Assembly (NCBI GenBank): GCA_963740175.1
Contig: CAVUDL010000003.1
Location: 74,150 to 138,149, forward strand
Direction of reading: 5' to 3'
DNA from: an uncultured Gemmatimonadales bacterium
Lineage (GTDB): Bacteria > Gemmatimonadota > Gemmatimonadetes > Gemmatimonadales > GWC2-71-9
Length of the DNA: 64,000 bases
In this document: one piece after another, positions 48,379 to 57,681 of the stretch
How the letters are laid out: every line of letters starts with the position of its first letter
Position numbering within the stretch: position 1 is the stretch's first letter
Notes under the pieces: generated by a model
Told to the model about the DNA's origin: nothing
The model's input: the letters and a program-made list of their open reading frames with translations, nothing else
Databases searched by the model: none
Position numbers and translations under genes: made by a program

Positions 48379-50265
48379 ATGGCGACTCTGGGCGACCTAA
48401 TCGCCGACAAGCGGGTCCATGTCCTCGACGGGGCCATGGGCACGATGCTCTACAGCCGGGGGATGTTCGTCAACGTGTCGTACGATGGCCTGAACCTGAC
48501 CCAGCCCGGGCTGGTGCAGGAGGTGCATGAGGCGTACGTCCAGGCCGGAGCCGAGATCCTGGAGACCAACACCTTCGGGGCCAACCCAGTCAAACTGTCG
48601 AGCCATGGCCTCGACGACGAGACCGAAGCGATCAACCGCGCCGCGGTCACCATCGCCCGGCGGGCCGCCAATGGCCGGGCGCTCGTTGTGGGAGCCATCG
48701 GCCCGCTGGGCATTCGCCTGGAGCCCTGGGGACCCACCGCTCGTGAGGAGGCGATCGGCCTCTTCCGTCGCCAGGTACGCGGGCTCCTCGAAGGTGAGGT
48801 AGACGGATTCATCCTGGAGACCTTCAGCGATCTGCACGAGGTGGAAGCCGCGCTATGCGCCGTCAAGGCGCTGAGCGATCTGCCGGTGATGGCACAGATG
48901 ACGGTCGGGCACGACGGGAATACCGCCTATGGGACGACGGTGGAGACGATCGGATCCAGACTCACCGAACTGGGCGCCGATGTGGTGGGGCTCAACTGCT
49001 CGGTGGGACCGGCAGCGATGCTCGACGCGTTGGAGCGGATGGTGGAGCGCACTGATCGTCCGCTATCGGCCCAACCCAATGCCGGGCTACCCCGAGCCGT
49101 CGACGATCGCCGGATCTACCTCGCGAGCCCGGAATACATGGGCTCCTACGCTCGGCGGATGATCCAGGCCGGGACGCGCTTTGTCGGGGGCTGTTGCGGG
49201 ACTACGCCCGAGCACATCAAGAAAATCCACGACTACGTGGCGAGCCTTCAGCCCCGTCGCATCTCGATAGGCCGGACTCCCGTGGATCCCACCGCGCCTG
49301 CCGGGCAGGAGGTGGTGCCTCTCAGTCAGCGTTCTACGCTGGGCCACAAGCTCGGCTCAGGCGAGCTGGTGACCACGGTTGAGATCCTGCCGCCCAGGGG
49401 CTGGAATCCAGCCGAGATGATCGAGCAGTGCCGTATGCTCCAGGCCGCCGGCGTGGATGCGGTGAATATCCTCGACAGCGCTCGGGCCCAGAGCCGGATG
49501 GGAGTACTCCCCGCGGCCCTGATCGTCCAGCGCGAGGTGGGTCTCGAAACCGTTTTCCACTACACCTGCCGCGACCGGAACATGCTGGGCATGCTGAGTG
49601 ATCTGCTTGGCGCCGCTGCCGGCGGGCTGCGCAACGTCCTGATCGTTACCGGCGACCCGCCTGCCATGGGTCCGTATCCGGACTCGACGGCCGTGTTCGA
49701 CATCGACAGCATCGGCCTGACCAACCTGGTCCGGCGGCTCAATCAGGGATTGGATCCGGGCGGCAACCCCATTGGGGATCCCACGAGATTCGTGGTCGGT
49801 GTTGCCCTTAACCAGGGGGCCGACCTGGAGCACGAGCTGGAGCGGTTTGCGTGGAAGGTCGATGCCGGGGCGGATTTCGCTGTCACCCAGCCGGTGTTCG
49901 ACGCCGAACAGCTTCAGCGTTTCCTGAGCCGCGTGCGGGCCCCGATTCCGGTCATCGCCGGGATCTGGCCCCTGGCCTCACTCCGGAACGCCGAGTTCCT
50001 GGCGAACGAGGTTCCGGGAGTCCACGTTCCTCCTGCCGTACTCGAGCGGATGCGATTGGCCCAGGAGCAGGGGACCGCAGCCGCCCGGGCGGAGGGAGTG
50101 GCCATAGCGGCGGAGATGGTTCAGGCAATCAAGGATGTGGTGCAGGGGGTGCAGGTCACGGCTCCGGCCGGCCGCATCGCGCCCGCGCTCGAGGTGCTGA
50201 CGAACCTGAAGGCAACAGCTACAACAATTTCACGATCCGACGGTACTGCGTCTCGACCTGCTTGA
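48379..50265 (+). CDS. Bifunctional homocysteine S-methyltransferase / 5,10-methylenetetrahydrofolate reductase (YitJ-like)
   Basis: N-terminal Hcy-binding domain ([28 protein letters not shown]) fused to an MTHFR domain (TVEILPPRG, LIVTGDPP). Confidence 0.9.
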   Translation: MATLGDLIADKRVHVLDGAMGTMLYSRGMFVNVSYDGLNLTQPGLVQEVHEAYVQAGAEILETNTFGANPVKLSSHGLDDETEAINRAAVTIARRAANGRALVVGAIGPLGIRLEPWGPTAREEAIGLFRRQVRGLLEGEVDGFILETFSDLHEVEAALCAVKALSDLPVMAQMTVGHDGNTAYGTTVETIGSRLTELGADVVGLNCSVGPAAMLDALERMVERTDRPLSAQPNAGLPRAVDDRRIYLASPEYMGSYARRMIQAGTRFVGGCCGTTPEHIKKIHDYVASLQPRRISIGRTPVDPTAPAGQEVVPLSQRSTLGHKLGSGELVTTVEILPPRGWNPAEMIEQCRMLQAAGVDAVNILDSARAQSRMGVLPAALIVQREVGLETVFHYTCRDRNMLGMLSDLLGAAAGGLRNVLIVTGDPPAMGPYPDSTAVFDIDSIGLTNLVRRLNQGLDPGGNPIGDPTRFVVGVALNQGADLEHELERFAWKVDAGADFAVTQPVFDAEQLQRFLSRVRAPIPVIAGIWPLASLRNAEFLANEVPGVHVPPAVLERMRLAQEQGTAAARAEGVAIAAEMVQAIKDVVQGVQVTAPAGRIAPALEVLTNLKATATTISRSDGTASRPA

Positions 50266-51085
50266 ACCCCAGGTTGCTCAGATAGACCTTGTCAGCGCCG
50301 ACGTCCCTGAGGGCGCGGACCGTCTTCGCGCAGATCTCCTCAGGCGCCAGGCCGGCTTCGAACTCTCGCGTGAGCTCTGCCCCCGGCACCGGGAAGAAGT
50401 CGGCCAGCCGCGCCAGCGTGCCGGGAGTGGCGCTCCGATAGAGAAACACCCCGAAAACCCCCGGATGAGGGACACCCCGCCGGCGCGCCTCCTTGAGAAA
50501 CTGCTCCACGGCACGGATGCTGTGGTGCGAGACTACCTGGGTTAGGTAGAACTCGGCCTCGAACCGCTCGTCCAGCAGGTAATCCACCTGCTCGGCCGCC
50601 GGGCGGTGAGGGTTAGCCCAGCCGCCGAGGTCGAGCCTCGGCACCCGCTGACGAATGAGAGAGCGCAGCTCGCGTGCGTGTGGCACACAGCGCGGAGGTC
50701 CCACCGTATGGTCGCCGCCCAGCACGGTCAGCGCCCCAAAGCCGTGCGAAGCGGCGCGTGATGCATACATCAGGCAGTAGTCGATCGAGTGCTTGGATGT
50801 GAGGAAGGGGACGATCCGTGAAGGATCGACATCGCCTGCCAGATTGGCGGTGAGGTGAGCCAGGTTTTCCTCCTCCGAAAGCCCCACGGCATTGTCGGTG
50901 AGGAAGATGAGGGTATCGTGACGGCTGAGGCGCTGGATCGAGTGATACATGTCGATCCAAAGCTCCATGGTGTCGTTGGAGGAGAGTCCGGTACGGGGTG
51001 GACGCAGCTCGACGGTCGCGAGGGGCCGGTCTTCCCGTAACCGCTGGAGCACGGATGTGGCCGGAGCAGGCTGTGGACTGGACAT
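50219..51085 (-). CDS. Divergent methylenetetrahydrofolate reductase-like protein
   Basis: ATVELRPPRTG and LTVLGGDH resemble MetF-family motifs. The 3' end overlaps the convergent gene by 47 nt. Confidence 0.5.
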   Translation of the reverse strand: MSSPQPAPATSVLQRLREDRPLATVELRPPRTGLSSNDTMELWIDMYHSIQRLSRHDTLIFLTDNAVGLSEEENLAHLTANLAGDVDPSRIVPFLTSKHSIDYCLMYASRAASHGFGALTVLGGDHTVGPPRCVPHARELRSLIRQRVPRLDLGGWANPHRPAAEQVDYLLDERFEAEFYLTQVVSHHSIRAVEQFLKEARRRGVPHPGVFGVFLYRSATPGTLARLADFFPVPGAELTREFEAGLAPEEICAKTVRALRDVGADKVYLSNLGFKQVETQYRRIVKLL

Positions 51086-51119
51086 GGTGGGAAGGAAGCT
51101 AACTAGAGTAGCTTACGAG

Positions 51120-52283
51120 ATGCCCGATACCGCCAGCGCTACTCCCGCTCTCACCGTGCTGTCCGAGGAAGAGGCAATGTTCCGGGACGCGATCCGGGAA
51201 TTTGCCGCCACCGAAGTCCGGCCCTTCGTTCATGAGATGGACGAGGCCGCGCAGTTTCGGCTGGACCTGATTCCCAAGTTCTTCGATCTTGGGCTGATGG
51301 GGATCGAAGTTCCGGAGGAGTACGGCGGCAGCGGCGGAACAATCTTCATGGCCGTCCTCGCCATCGAGGAGCTGGCCCGGGTAGACGCCTCCGCCGCCAT
51401 TTATGTGGACGTCCACAACACGCTGGTCAACAACGCCATCCTCCGCTGGGCCAGCAGTGAACAAAAGGCCCGCTACTTCCCCCGCCTCACGACCGGCCTC
51501 CTAGGGGCTTTTGCTCTCTCGGAGCCGGGAAGCGGTAGCGATGCCTTTGCCCTGGCCACCCGCGCTGAGCGAAAAGGAAGCGACTGGGCGCTCACCGGCC
51601 GGAAGTTCTGGATCACGAACGGGGCCGAGGCGGGGCTCTTCATCATCTTCGCAAATGTGGACCCCTCAAAGGGCTACAAGGGCATCACCGCGTTCCTGGT
51701 CGAGCGGGGCTACCCCGGATTCTCCATCGGCAAGAAGGAGAACAAGCTCGGCATTCGGGCCTCGAGCACGACCGAGCTCATCCTGGAGGAGTGCCTCGTT
51801 CCGGATGAGAATGTGCTCGGTCCGGTCGGCCAGGGTTACAAGATCTCAATTGAAACGTTGAACGAGGGCCGGATTGGAATCGGCGCGCAGATGATCGGGG
51901 TGGCTGCCGGCGCGCTGGCGGCGGCCACGGCGTACGTGAAGGAGCGGCGACAGTTCGGCAAGGCCATTGCCGAGTTCCAGGCGGTGCAGTTCCAACTGGC
52001 GCAGATGGCCACCGACCTCGAGGCCGCCCGCCTGATGGTCTACAACGTTGCCCGGCTGAAGGACGCCGGACAGCCTTTCGCCCAGCAGGCAGCCATGGCC
52101 AAGCTCTTTAGCTCCCAGGTGGCGGACCGGATCACGTCCGCGTGCCTGGAGCTGTTCGGCGGCTACGGCTACTCCAAGGAATACCCGGCCGAGAAGTATT
52201 ACCGTGACGCCAAGATCGGGACCATCTACGAAGGCACCAGCAACATGCAGCTGCAGACCATCGCGAAGGGACTGTTGAAGTAA
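51120..52283 (+). CDS. Acyl-CoA dehydrogenase (short/branched-chain type)
   Basis: GAFALSEPGSGSDA, KFWITNG, LNEGRIGIGAQ, GGYGYSKEYPAEKYYRDAKIGTIYEGTSNMQ. Confidence 0.9.
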   Translation: MPDTASATPALTVLSEEEAMFRDAIREFAATEVRPFVHEMDEAAQFRLDLIPKFFDLGLMGIEVPEEYGGSGGTIFMAVLAIEELARVDASAAIYVDVHNTLVNNAILRWASSEQKARYFPRLTTGLLGAFALSEPGSGSDAFALATRAERKGSDWALTGRKFWITNGAEAGLFIIFANVDPSKGYKGITAFLVERGYPGFSIGKKENKLGIRASSTTELILEECLVPDENVLGPVGQGYKISIETLNEGRIGIGAQMIGVAAGALAAATAYVKERRQFGKAIAEFQAVQFQLAQMATDLEAARLMVYNVARLKDAGQPFAQQAAMAKLFSSQVADRITSACLELFGGYGYSKEYPAEKYYRDAKIGTIYEGTSNMQLQTIAKGLLK

Positions 52284-52324
52284 GCGGGGCGTTACTGCCC
52301 CGCTGCCCCGCTGCCCCGCTCCCC
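52284..52324. repeat. GCGGGGC-gttac-(TGCCCCGC)x3 hairpin plus tandem repeat; G-quadruplex-type motif on the minus strand
   Basis: Read directly immediately after the acyl-CoA dehydrogenase stop. Same octamer as 10074-10115 in the opposite orientation. Confidence 0.9.
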
Positions 52325-52546
52325 TTCCGTCCAAACCTTCGAAAGATTCATGCTCCCCAAGCCGCAGGGGTTGAGCGTCACCGGGGTGCTGGCCATGTCC
52401 CAGCGTACCGCCTCGTCGGACTCAGGATCCACCACACTGCACTGTACGCCCTGCCGGGTCATCAATCCGACCGCTTCGGCCCCGGTCAGTGTCCCACCCA
52501 TGGCGGCGGCGCCAACCTCGGTCGTACGGTCCTCCGACGCAGTCAC
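52292..52546 (-). CDS. Hypothetical protein (weak call)
   Basis: GTG-initiated ORF starting directly after the TAG of the upstream lipoprotein gene. Its C-terminus is encoded by the octamer repeat. No family recognised. Confidence 0.25.
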   Translation of the reverse strand: MTASEDRTTEVGAAAMGGTLTGAEAVGLMTRQGVQCSVVDPESDEAVRWDMASTPVTLNPCGLGSMNLSKVWTEGERGSGAAGQ

Positions 52547-52831
52547 CTATTCAGAGGCGCTGACCGGCTCTTCGTCGGCAGTCTCGTACGAAGTGACGTT
52601 GCCCAGAATCTCGGTCGAGTCCACGGCTGCAGTGTCGGAGGGCGCCTGTGAGCTCTCGGAAGAATCCTGGGTCGAAGGCGAAGCGGTCGTCGTGTCCTGC
52701 GTCATCGAAGCGCTGTTGTCGCTGCCGCTCTCGGAGCGGTCCGAACGCGAGCACGCCGTGGCACCCGCAAGGACCAGTACGCTGGCCGCGAGGCTACGCA
52801 GCAGTGCCCGGTTGGAGACGGGAACAAGCAT
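52547..52831 (-). CDS. Acidic Ser/Thr/Asp-rich lipoprotein
   Basis: MLVPVSNRALLRSLAASVLVLAGATAC lipobox, then a low-complexity S/T/D/E-rich region. Confidence 0.45.
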   Translation of the reverse strand: MLVPVSNRALLRSLAASVLVLAGATACSRSDRSESGSDNSASMTQDTTTASPSTQDSSESSQAPSDTAAVDSTEILGNVTSYETADEEPVSASE

Positions 52832-53030
52832 CGATATATCCTCCACACTGGTTCGTTCGGTCTGGCGCTAGGTCGGGTATTTTGAAGGAAATAGAGTATT
52901 GGGCAAGACTGGGCAGTGCAGTGAGTGGTGACCGACCTGATCGTGAGCAAGCTCACACCGAAGCCAGCACAAAAAAACTCGGGGGCGCCGGTTGGCGCCC
53001 CCGAGCTGGGACCCGCAGCTCCCCACCAGT

Positions 53031-53465
53031 TCAGCGGGAAGTGGTCGTATCAGACTGATCCTGCGAATTGTTGTAACCGGTAGTGTCTCCAGTCGAGGAC
53101 TGGCCAGTTGTGTCGGCCCCGAACGCCCCGGTGGTGTCCGTCTGTCCCTGCATTCCGGTGGTGTCCGTCTGTCCCTGCATGCTGGTGGTGTCCTGTTCCA
53201 TGCCGGAGTAGCCGGATGTATCCTGGCCGGTGCCCTGGTTCTGCAGGAACGTGTCGCTCGGCTGCGAATCGGTCGGAGCGATCGTGGTATCCGTCTCCAT
53301 CCCGCGGTAACCGGGCTGATTCTGGCCCAGAGTATCGGTTGTGGTAGTGTCGCGCGCGGCCGCGGACTCGTCGGTATCCGCCTCGCGAGCGGTGTTGCCT
53401 GCACACGCCAATGCGCCCACTAGTGCCGCCAGGGCTGCAAAGCGTGTGGTAGAGTTTACTCGCAT
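53031..53465 (-). CDS. Thr/Asp/Gln/Gly-rich lipoprotein with an internal 9-aa repeat
   Basis: MRVNSTTRFAALAALVGALAC lipobox and MQGQTDTTG repeated twice. Confidence 0.5.
   Translation of the reverse strand: MRVNSTTRFAALAALVGALACAGNTAREADTDESAAARDTTTTDTLGQNQPGYRGMETDTTIAPTDSQPSDTFLQNQGTGQDTSGYSGMEQDTTSMQGQTDTTGMQGQTDTTGAFGADTTGQSSTGDTTGYNNSQDQSDTTTSR
53128..53195. repeat. 27-nt tandem direct repeat (about 2.5 copies) within the lipoprotein gene
   Basis: ccggtggtgtccgtctgtccctgcatt repeated at 53128 and 53155 (26/27 identical), plus a partial third copy. Confidence 0.9.
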
Positions 53466-53808
53466 TCGACCTCCTCGGATCGCCTACAGTGAAGTCACCT
53501 GGGTCCCGCGTCCCGCACCCTTTGTGGTGCCATGCGCTTCTGCCCAGCCTCAAGCACATGGGCAAAACAATTCTCCGCCTGTGCGCCCGACATCATATCC
53601 CCAGCTCAGGATGGGTTCTGTGACTTATGTCACCCCTATGCAGCTGGCATCTGAGTGGCCGCGGTAAAGGCCCGGGAATTGCTGGCTTAGCAGCCAGGAA
53701 GCCGAGGGAACGGGGTCGCCGCGAATAGGGTTAGATTTGGGACCTGCAGGTGAGTCACTTCGGCACAGTTTCGGCCTCCAGCCGCAACACCTGACCACCC
53801 GATCACTC

Positions 53809-55386
53809 ATGCACTCAGCCTGGAAAGGGCCAGTGACAACTTTGATCCATTCTCGCTGTTTGTTGCTCTCGTTGTTCGCGCTGGGGTCCCCGGGCGTGGC
53901 TGTCGCCCAGGGAGGCCAGCAGTGGCTCAACACAAGGGTGACGGAATGGTATGCCTCCGCCGCCAGCAGTGCGCCCGGGCAGTGGGGCATCGCCATCGCC
54001 GATCAGTCGGGGCAGATGCTGTGGAGCATGAACCCGGACTTCTCCTTGATGCCGGCATCAGCGGTGAAGCTGTTCACCACCGGTTACGCGCGCAGCGTTC
54101 TGGGGGGATCAGCCCGGCGCTCAACCCGGGTGGTAGGCGCCGGCGTCATTGACACCGTCAGGGGGGAGTGGCTGGGAAACTGGGCCCTGGAGCTGAACGG
54201 CGATCCCTCGCTGGAGCGTGCCGAGGGCTCAGGCCCGACTCTCCACGACCTGGCGGTACAGCTGGCCGGCGCTGGAGTGAGACGGCTTTCCGGTCCATTG
54301 GAGGTTCGTAGCGCTAACGGTCCCGCCACAGCGGTGTACCCCGAGGTGTGGTCTCGAAAGCATGCCGGGCGTCTGTTCGCGCCCCTGGTCGGGCCTCTGA
54401 CGGTGCACGAGAATATTGTCTGGCTCACCGTCCAGCCGGGCCGCAAAGTGGGTGCGCCGGTGCGGTTGATCGAGACCGCGCCGGACGGCATCAGATCGCT
54501 GGTGTCGGTCACCGCCGTAACCGTGAGCGGGAGGCGCTCCCGGCTCAGGCTTCGCCCCGGCCGGGGCGGTGGCTGGGTCATTGCCGGCAGTATCGGCGTT
54601 CGGGGGGCCCCACGCCGGCTCACCACCACAGCTGCGAATCCGAAGGCAGTGCTGGGCGCCGCATGGGCGACGGCACTGCGCAAAGCCGGAATCGTATGGA
54701 ACCCCAGGGCAAAGGCCACCGAGCCGCTGGATGGCTCCTTCAAGGTGCTGGCCCAAGTGGCGTCGCCACCGCTGGACTCCCTCGCCAGCGAGATTAACCG
54801 GCGCAGCCTCAATCTGGGGGCGGAGCTCCTGCTCCAGTGGGCCGGCGGGCCGACTCAGGGCCCAGCCAATCTCACCGCCCACGTGCAGGAAGTGATCGGC
54901 CAGCGCACCGGCGTGTACCTGGTGGACGGCAGCGGTCTCTCCTACGAAGACCGGGTCAGCCCCTCGGCGTTCGTGTCATATCTCGCCCGGTTCCCGATGA
55001 CTCCGGCGGGCCAGAACTTCCCCCAGCTGTTGCCGGCGAACGGCAGCGGCACACTTCGACGCCTGAACACCGGTTTCCCCGGGGTAGGGGTCGTGCGCGC
55101 CAAGACCGGCACGCTGGCCCAGGCGAGCACGCTGGTGGGGTACCTCGGCCGGCCTGAGGGTACTCTGATCGTCTCCCTGATGTACAACGGCACCCGTCCG
55201 GGTGCTGCGCGAAGGGCGCAGTGGAAGCTCTTCCAGGATCTGGGGGCGAATGGGATGGTCATACCTGCGGACACTCCGACCATCGAGCCGCCGCAGCTTG
55301 GCAGCGACGAGACCACAACGCCGGAATGGTGGTCGAAAGCGGCCATCGCGCGGGACTCGACAGAGGCCGATGCCGACTCCCAATAG
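53809..55386 (+). CDS. dacB: D-alanyl-D-alanine carboxypeptidase/endopeptidase (PBP4, S13 family)
   Basis: SxxK (PASAVKLFT), VDGSGLS and KTGTL motifs, plus a signal peptide. Confidence 0.85.
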   Translation: MHSAWKGPVTTLIHSRCLLLSLFALGSPGVAVAQGGQQWLNTRVTEWYASAASSAPGQWGIAIADQSGQMLWSMNPDFSLMPASAVKLFTTGYARSVLGGSARRSTRVVGAGVIDTVRGEWLGNWALELNGDPSLERAEGSGPTLHDLAVQLAGAGVRRLSGPLEVRSANGPATAVYPEVWSRKHAGRLFAPLVGPLTVHENIVWLTVQPGRKVGAPVRLIETAPDGIRSLVSVTAVTVSGRRSRLRLRPGRGGGWVIAGSIGVRGAPRRLTTTAANPKAVLGAAWATALRKAGIVWNPRAKATEPLDGSFKVLAQVASPPLDSLASEINRRSLNLGAELLLQWAGGPTQGPANLTAHVQEVIGQRTGVYLVDGSGLSYEDRVSPSAFVSYLARFPMTPAGQNFPQLLPANGSGTLRRLNTGFPGVGVVRAKTGTLAQASTLVGYLGRPEGTLIVSLMYNGTRPGAARRAQWKLFQDLGANGMVIPADTPTIEPPQLGSDETTTPEWWSKAAIARDSTEADADSQ

Positions 55387-55407
55387 CAACTAACACCTTC
55401 CTCGTAC

Positions 55408-55438
55408 AAAGGCCCAGCGCAACGCTGGGCCTTTTTTG
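55408..55438 (+). terminator. Rho-independent terminator GGCCCAGCG-caa-CGCTGGGCC + TTTTTT
   Basis: Perfect 9-bp stem plus T-run read directly. Confidence 0.85.
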
Positions 55439-55459
55439 TGACCGTGGCCGAACCCGAGG

Positions 55460-55612
55460 TCAGGTCGGGTTGCGACGTCCCTGCAGGGCGCGCAGCAGTA
55501 CGACCGCAATTGCGGTCCAGAGGAGTACGTGGATGAATCCGCCGAAGGTGTTGGCGGAAACGATTCCGAGGAGCCAGAGTACCAGGAGAATGACGAAGAG
55601 GGACCAGAGCAT
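55460..55612 (-). CDS. lmo0937-family small membrane protein (50 aa)
   Basis: MLWSLFVILLVLWLLGIVSANTFGGFIHVLLWTAIAVVLLRALQGRR. Confidence 0.7.
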   Translation of the reverse strand: MLWSLFVILLVLWLLGIVSANTFGGFIHVLLWTAIAVVLLRALQGRRNPT

Positions 55613-55795
55613 ACCGGCACCATGGGTCAGAAGGGCCACCATCGCAGGGAGATTCGGGGCGTGGACGAGGTAAAGCCATGACGAAACGTCCCGGCAGCGA
55701 AAGTGTCTCCCGTTTCAACCAACGTCAAGACGTGGCTGGTACCCGGGTTACGCCGCGTCACAGCAGCTGCAAGAGACTTACTTGCAGTCACCGCT

Positions 55796-55824
55796 AAAAA
55801 AAAGCCCGCCTTTCGGCGGGCCTT
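55796..55824 (-). terminator. Rho-independent terminator of the S8 peptidase gene (GCCCGCC-gaaa-GGCGGGC + T8 on the minus strand)
   Basis: Read directly 20 nt downstream of the stop. Confidence 0.85.
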
Positions 55825-55843
55825 TGAGCTTCTGCGCTACTTC

Positions 55844-57304
55844 TTATTGCACCGCTCTCAGCGCGTTGACTCGTCCTCTGCCGTAGATCGGATCCGTCCC
55901 CTCCGCACCAAGATCGTCCGCCGAAGCAGCCAGCCGGTTCGCTAAGGCGTCGGGATTCATCGAGCCGTACTTGCCTACAATAAGCGCGGCGACAGCGGAC
56001 ACGGCGGGAGCCGCCATGCTGGTGCCTGAGGCCCAGCAGACGTTTCGGGTGGTGCTGCCCCGGCAGCTGCTCACCACGGCGTCATACCAGAAGCACTCCT
56101 GGGTGACGCTGCTCGAGGGCGAGAGCGGCGGCGCGGGGTTGATTGCCATCGTGCACAGCTCGTTCCTACCGTTGGGCTGGGCCAGCCAGGTGTCGCCACC
56201 GGGGCCGGAGAAGTCCACGATCGTGCTGCCAAAGTTCGAGTACGAAGCGAGCAGGTCGTAGTCAGTGGAGCCGAGGGCGAAGCCCTTGGGAGCGAGAGCG
56301 CTCACCCCGAACACATGGGGCGACATGGCTGGAACGTCGATGTAGTTGCCGTTGTCGAAATCGATCCCATGGCCCTGGTTATCGCCATTGCCGGAAGAGA
56401 CGACCACCAGCACTCCCCGGGACCAGGCATAGGTGGTGGCCTCACCGATCATTTCAATCAGGGCCTGAGTGCCGGCGTCCTGACTCTCGGGGAAGGTCGC
56501 GCCCAGGCTCATGTTTATGATGTTGGCCCCGGCGCCGCCCTCGTTGGTTGGATCAGCGGCATAGATGATCCCATCGATGATCTGGCCGAAGCTGCCGCTA
56601 CCGTTATGGAGCACCTTGACTCCGATGATGGTAGCCTTGGGAGCGATGCCGATGGTGCCGAGATTGTCATTGTTGTCCGCGGCGGCCACTATTCCCGCCA
56701 CGTGGGTCCCGTGCCAGAAGGTACCGATATCGAGATTGAATGGGACGCCAGCAACCATCGAGGCGGACCGTCTGGCATCCAGATTCGGCTCGATGTCCAC
56801 GTGCTGATCCCAAATCCCGCCGTCGAGAATGGCGACGCGCGCCCCGCGACCCTGCTGTCCGGCGGCCCATGCCTCAGGCGCGTGCACCGCCTGGAGGTTC
56901 CACATCGTCGGGAACCACCGCTCCGTCGAGCCCGTGGGCGCGGCGGTAGGGCCCGCGTCCGGTGCCACCCCGAACTGCTGCTGGGGCACCCACTGGACTA
57001 CCATGTCCTTGACGACCCGCTTCACGCCCCGTGTCTTGCTGAGCTGCTCGGCGAAGTCAGCGTTGCCGGCGGTAGCTGTGGCGAGGCCTGCGCGGCTGGA
57101 GAGCTTCTTCACCTTACCGCCGGCGCGGGTGATAGCCTGGCTGAGGTCCCCAGCCTCCGCGGCCGAATACGAAATAACATACGACTGAGAGTTGGAACCA
57201 GCTGCTGCTGCAACGGGTACTTCGTTAGGAGCGGTAGAGTCCTGTTCGCTACAGGCCGCAATGGCGAGCACCGCCGCGAGGCCGAAGATGAAACGTCGGG
57301 TCAT
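55844..57304 (-). CDS. S8 family (subtilisin-like) serine peptidase, lipoprotein
   Basis: Lipobox LAIAAC. Catalytic triad contexts VAILDGG, HGTHVAG, GTSMAAP. Confidence 0.9.
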   Translation of the reverse strand: MTRRFIFGLAAVLAIAACSEQDSTAPNEVPVAAAAGSNSQSYVISYSAAEAGDLSQAITRAGGKVKKLSSRAGLATATAGNADFAEQLSKTRGVKRVVKDMVVQWVPQQQFGVAPDAGPTAAPTGSTERWFPTMWNLQAVHAPEAWAAGQQGRGARVAILDGGIWDQHVDIEPNLDARRSASMVAGVPFNLDIGTFWHGTHVAGIVAAADNNDNLGTIGIAPKATIIGVKVLHNGSGSFGQIIDGIIYAADPTNEGGAGANIINMSLGATFPESQDAGTQALIEMIGEATTYAWSRGVLVVVSSGNGDNQGHGIDFDNGNYIDVPAMSPHVFGVSALAPKGFALGSTDYDLLASYSNFGSTIVDFSGPGGDTWLAQPNGRNELCTMAINPAPPLSPSSSVTQECFWYDAVVSSCRGSTTRNVCWASGTSMAAPAVSAVAALIVGKYGSMNPDALANRLAASADDLGAEGTDPIYGRGRVNALRAVQ

Positions 57305-57572
57305 TGAGGAGCTTCCTGGCTAAGGGACTGGGTGAAGCGGACAGCGGTGCGCTGCGCAAGTTCGGCGCCCTCGGAGCAAGCGCTCCGGCGGTTGATGAAA
57401 GTGGTTATTCGGAGGCGACTTACGTTACTCGCCACCGCCGGAAAGACCCCGCACTGTTGCCGTCGCAAGACGACAGATGCTACTCCGCGAAAGGGAGGTG
57501 CGCAAAAATGCCATGCGGCCGACGTATCAAGCTGCAAAGTATACCTCCCGGGGGTACCTTCAACGAGCGGAA

Positions 57573-57601
57573 ATACTACCCCCGGGTACCCAAAAACGCA
57601 A
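57573..57601 (-). promoter_or_regulatory. Candidate promoter TTGCGT-N17-TAGTAT within a conserved about-65-nt block (copy A)
   Basis: Near-identical to the block at 58943-58971 (31 of the first 33 nt by my count). Confidence 0.4.
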
Positions 57602-57612
57602 TAGCTTCTACT

Positions 57613-57646
57613 AAGAAAAAGACCCGCCGGGGGGCGGGCCTTTTCT
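57613..57646 (-). terminator. Bidirectional-type intrinsic terminator (GGCCCGCC-cccc-GGCGGGTC + TTTTTCTT on the minus strand)
   Basis: Read directly downstream of the metallopeptidase stop. Confidence 0.75.
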
Positions 57647-57681
57647 AATCTGATTTGGTGTACAGCTGCTGCGCGTTCGCC

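Noticed and set aside
57301-57537. 78-aa minus-strand ORF in the long S8 peptidase leader
   Set aside because: No RBS, odd composition, and its last 4 nt overlap the S8 ATG. Treated as non-coding leader.
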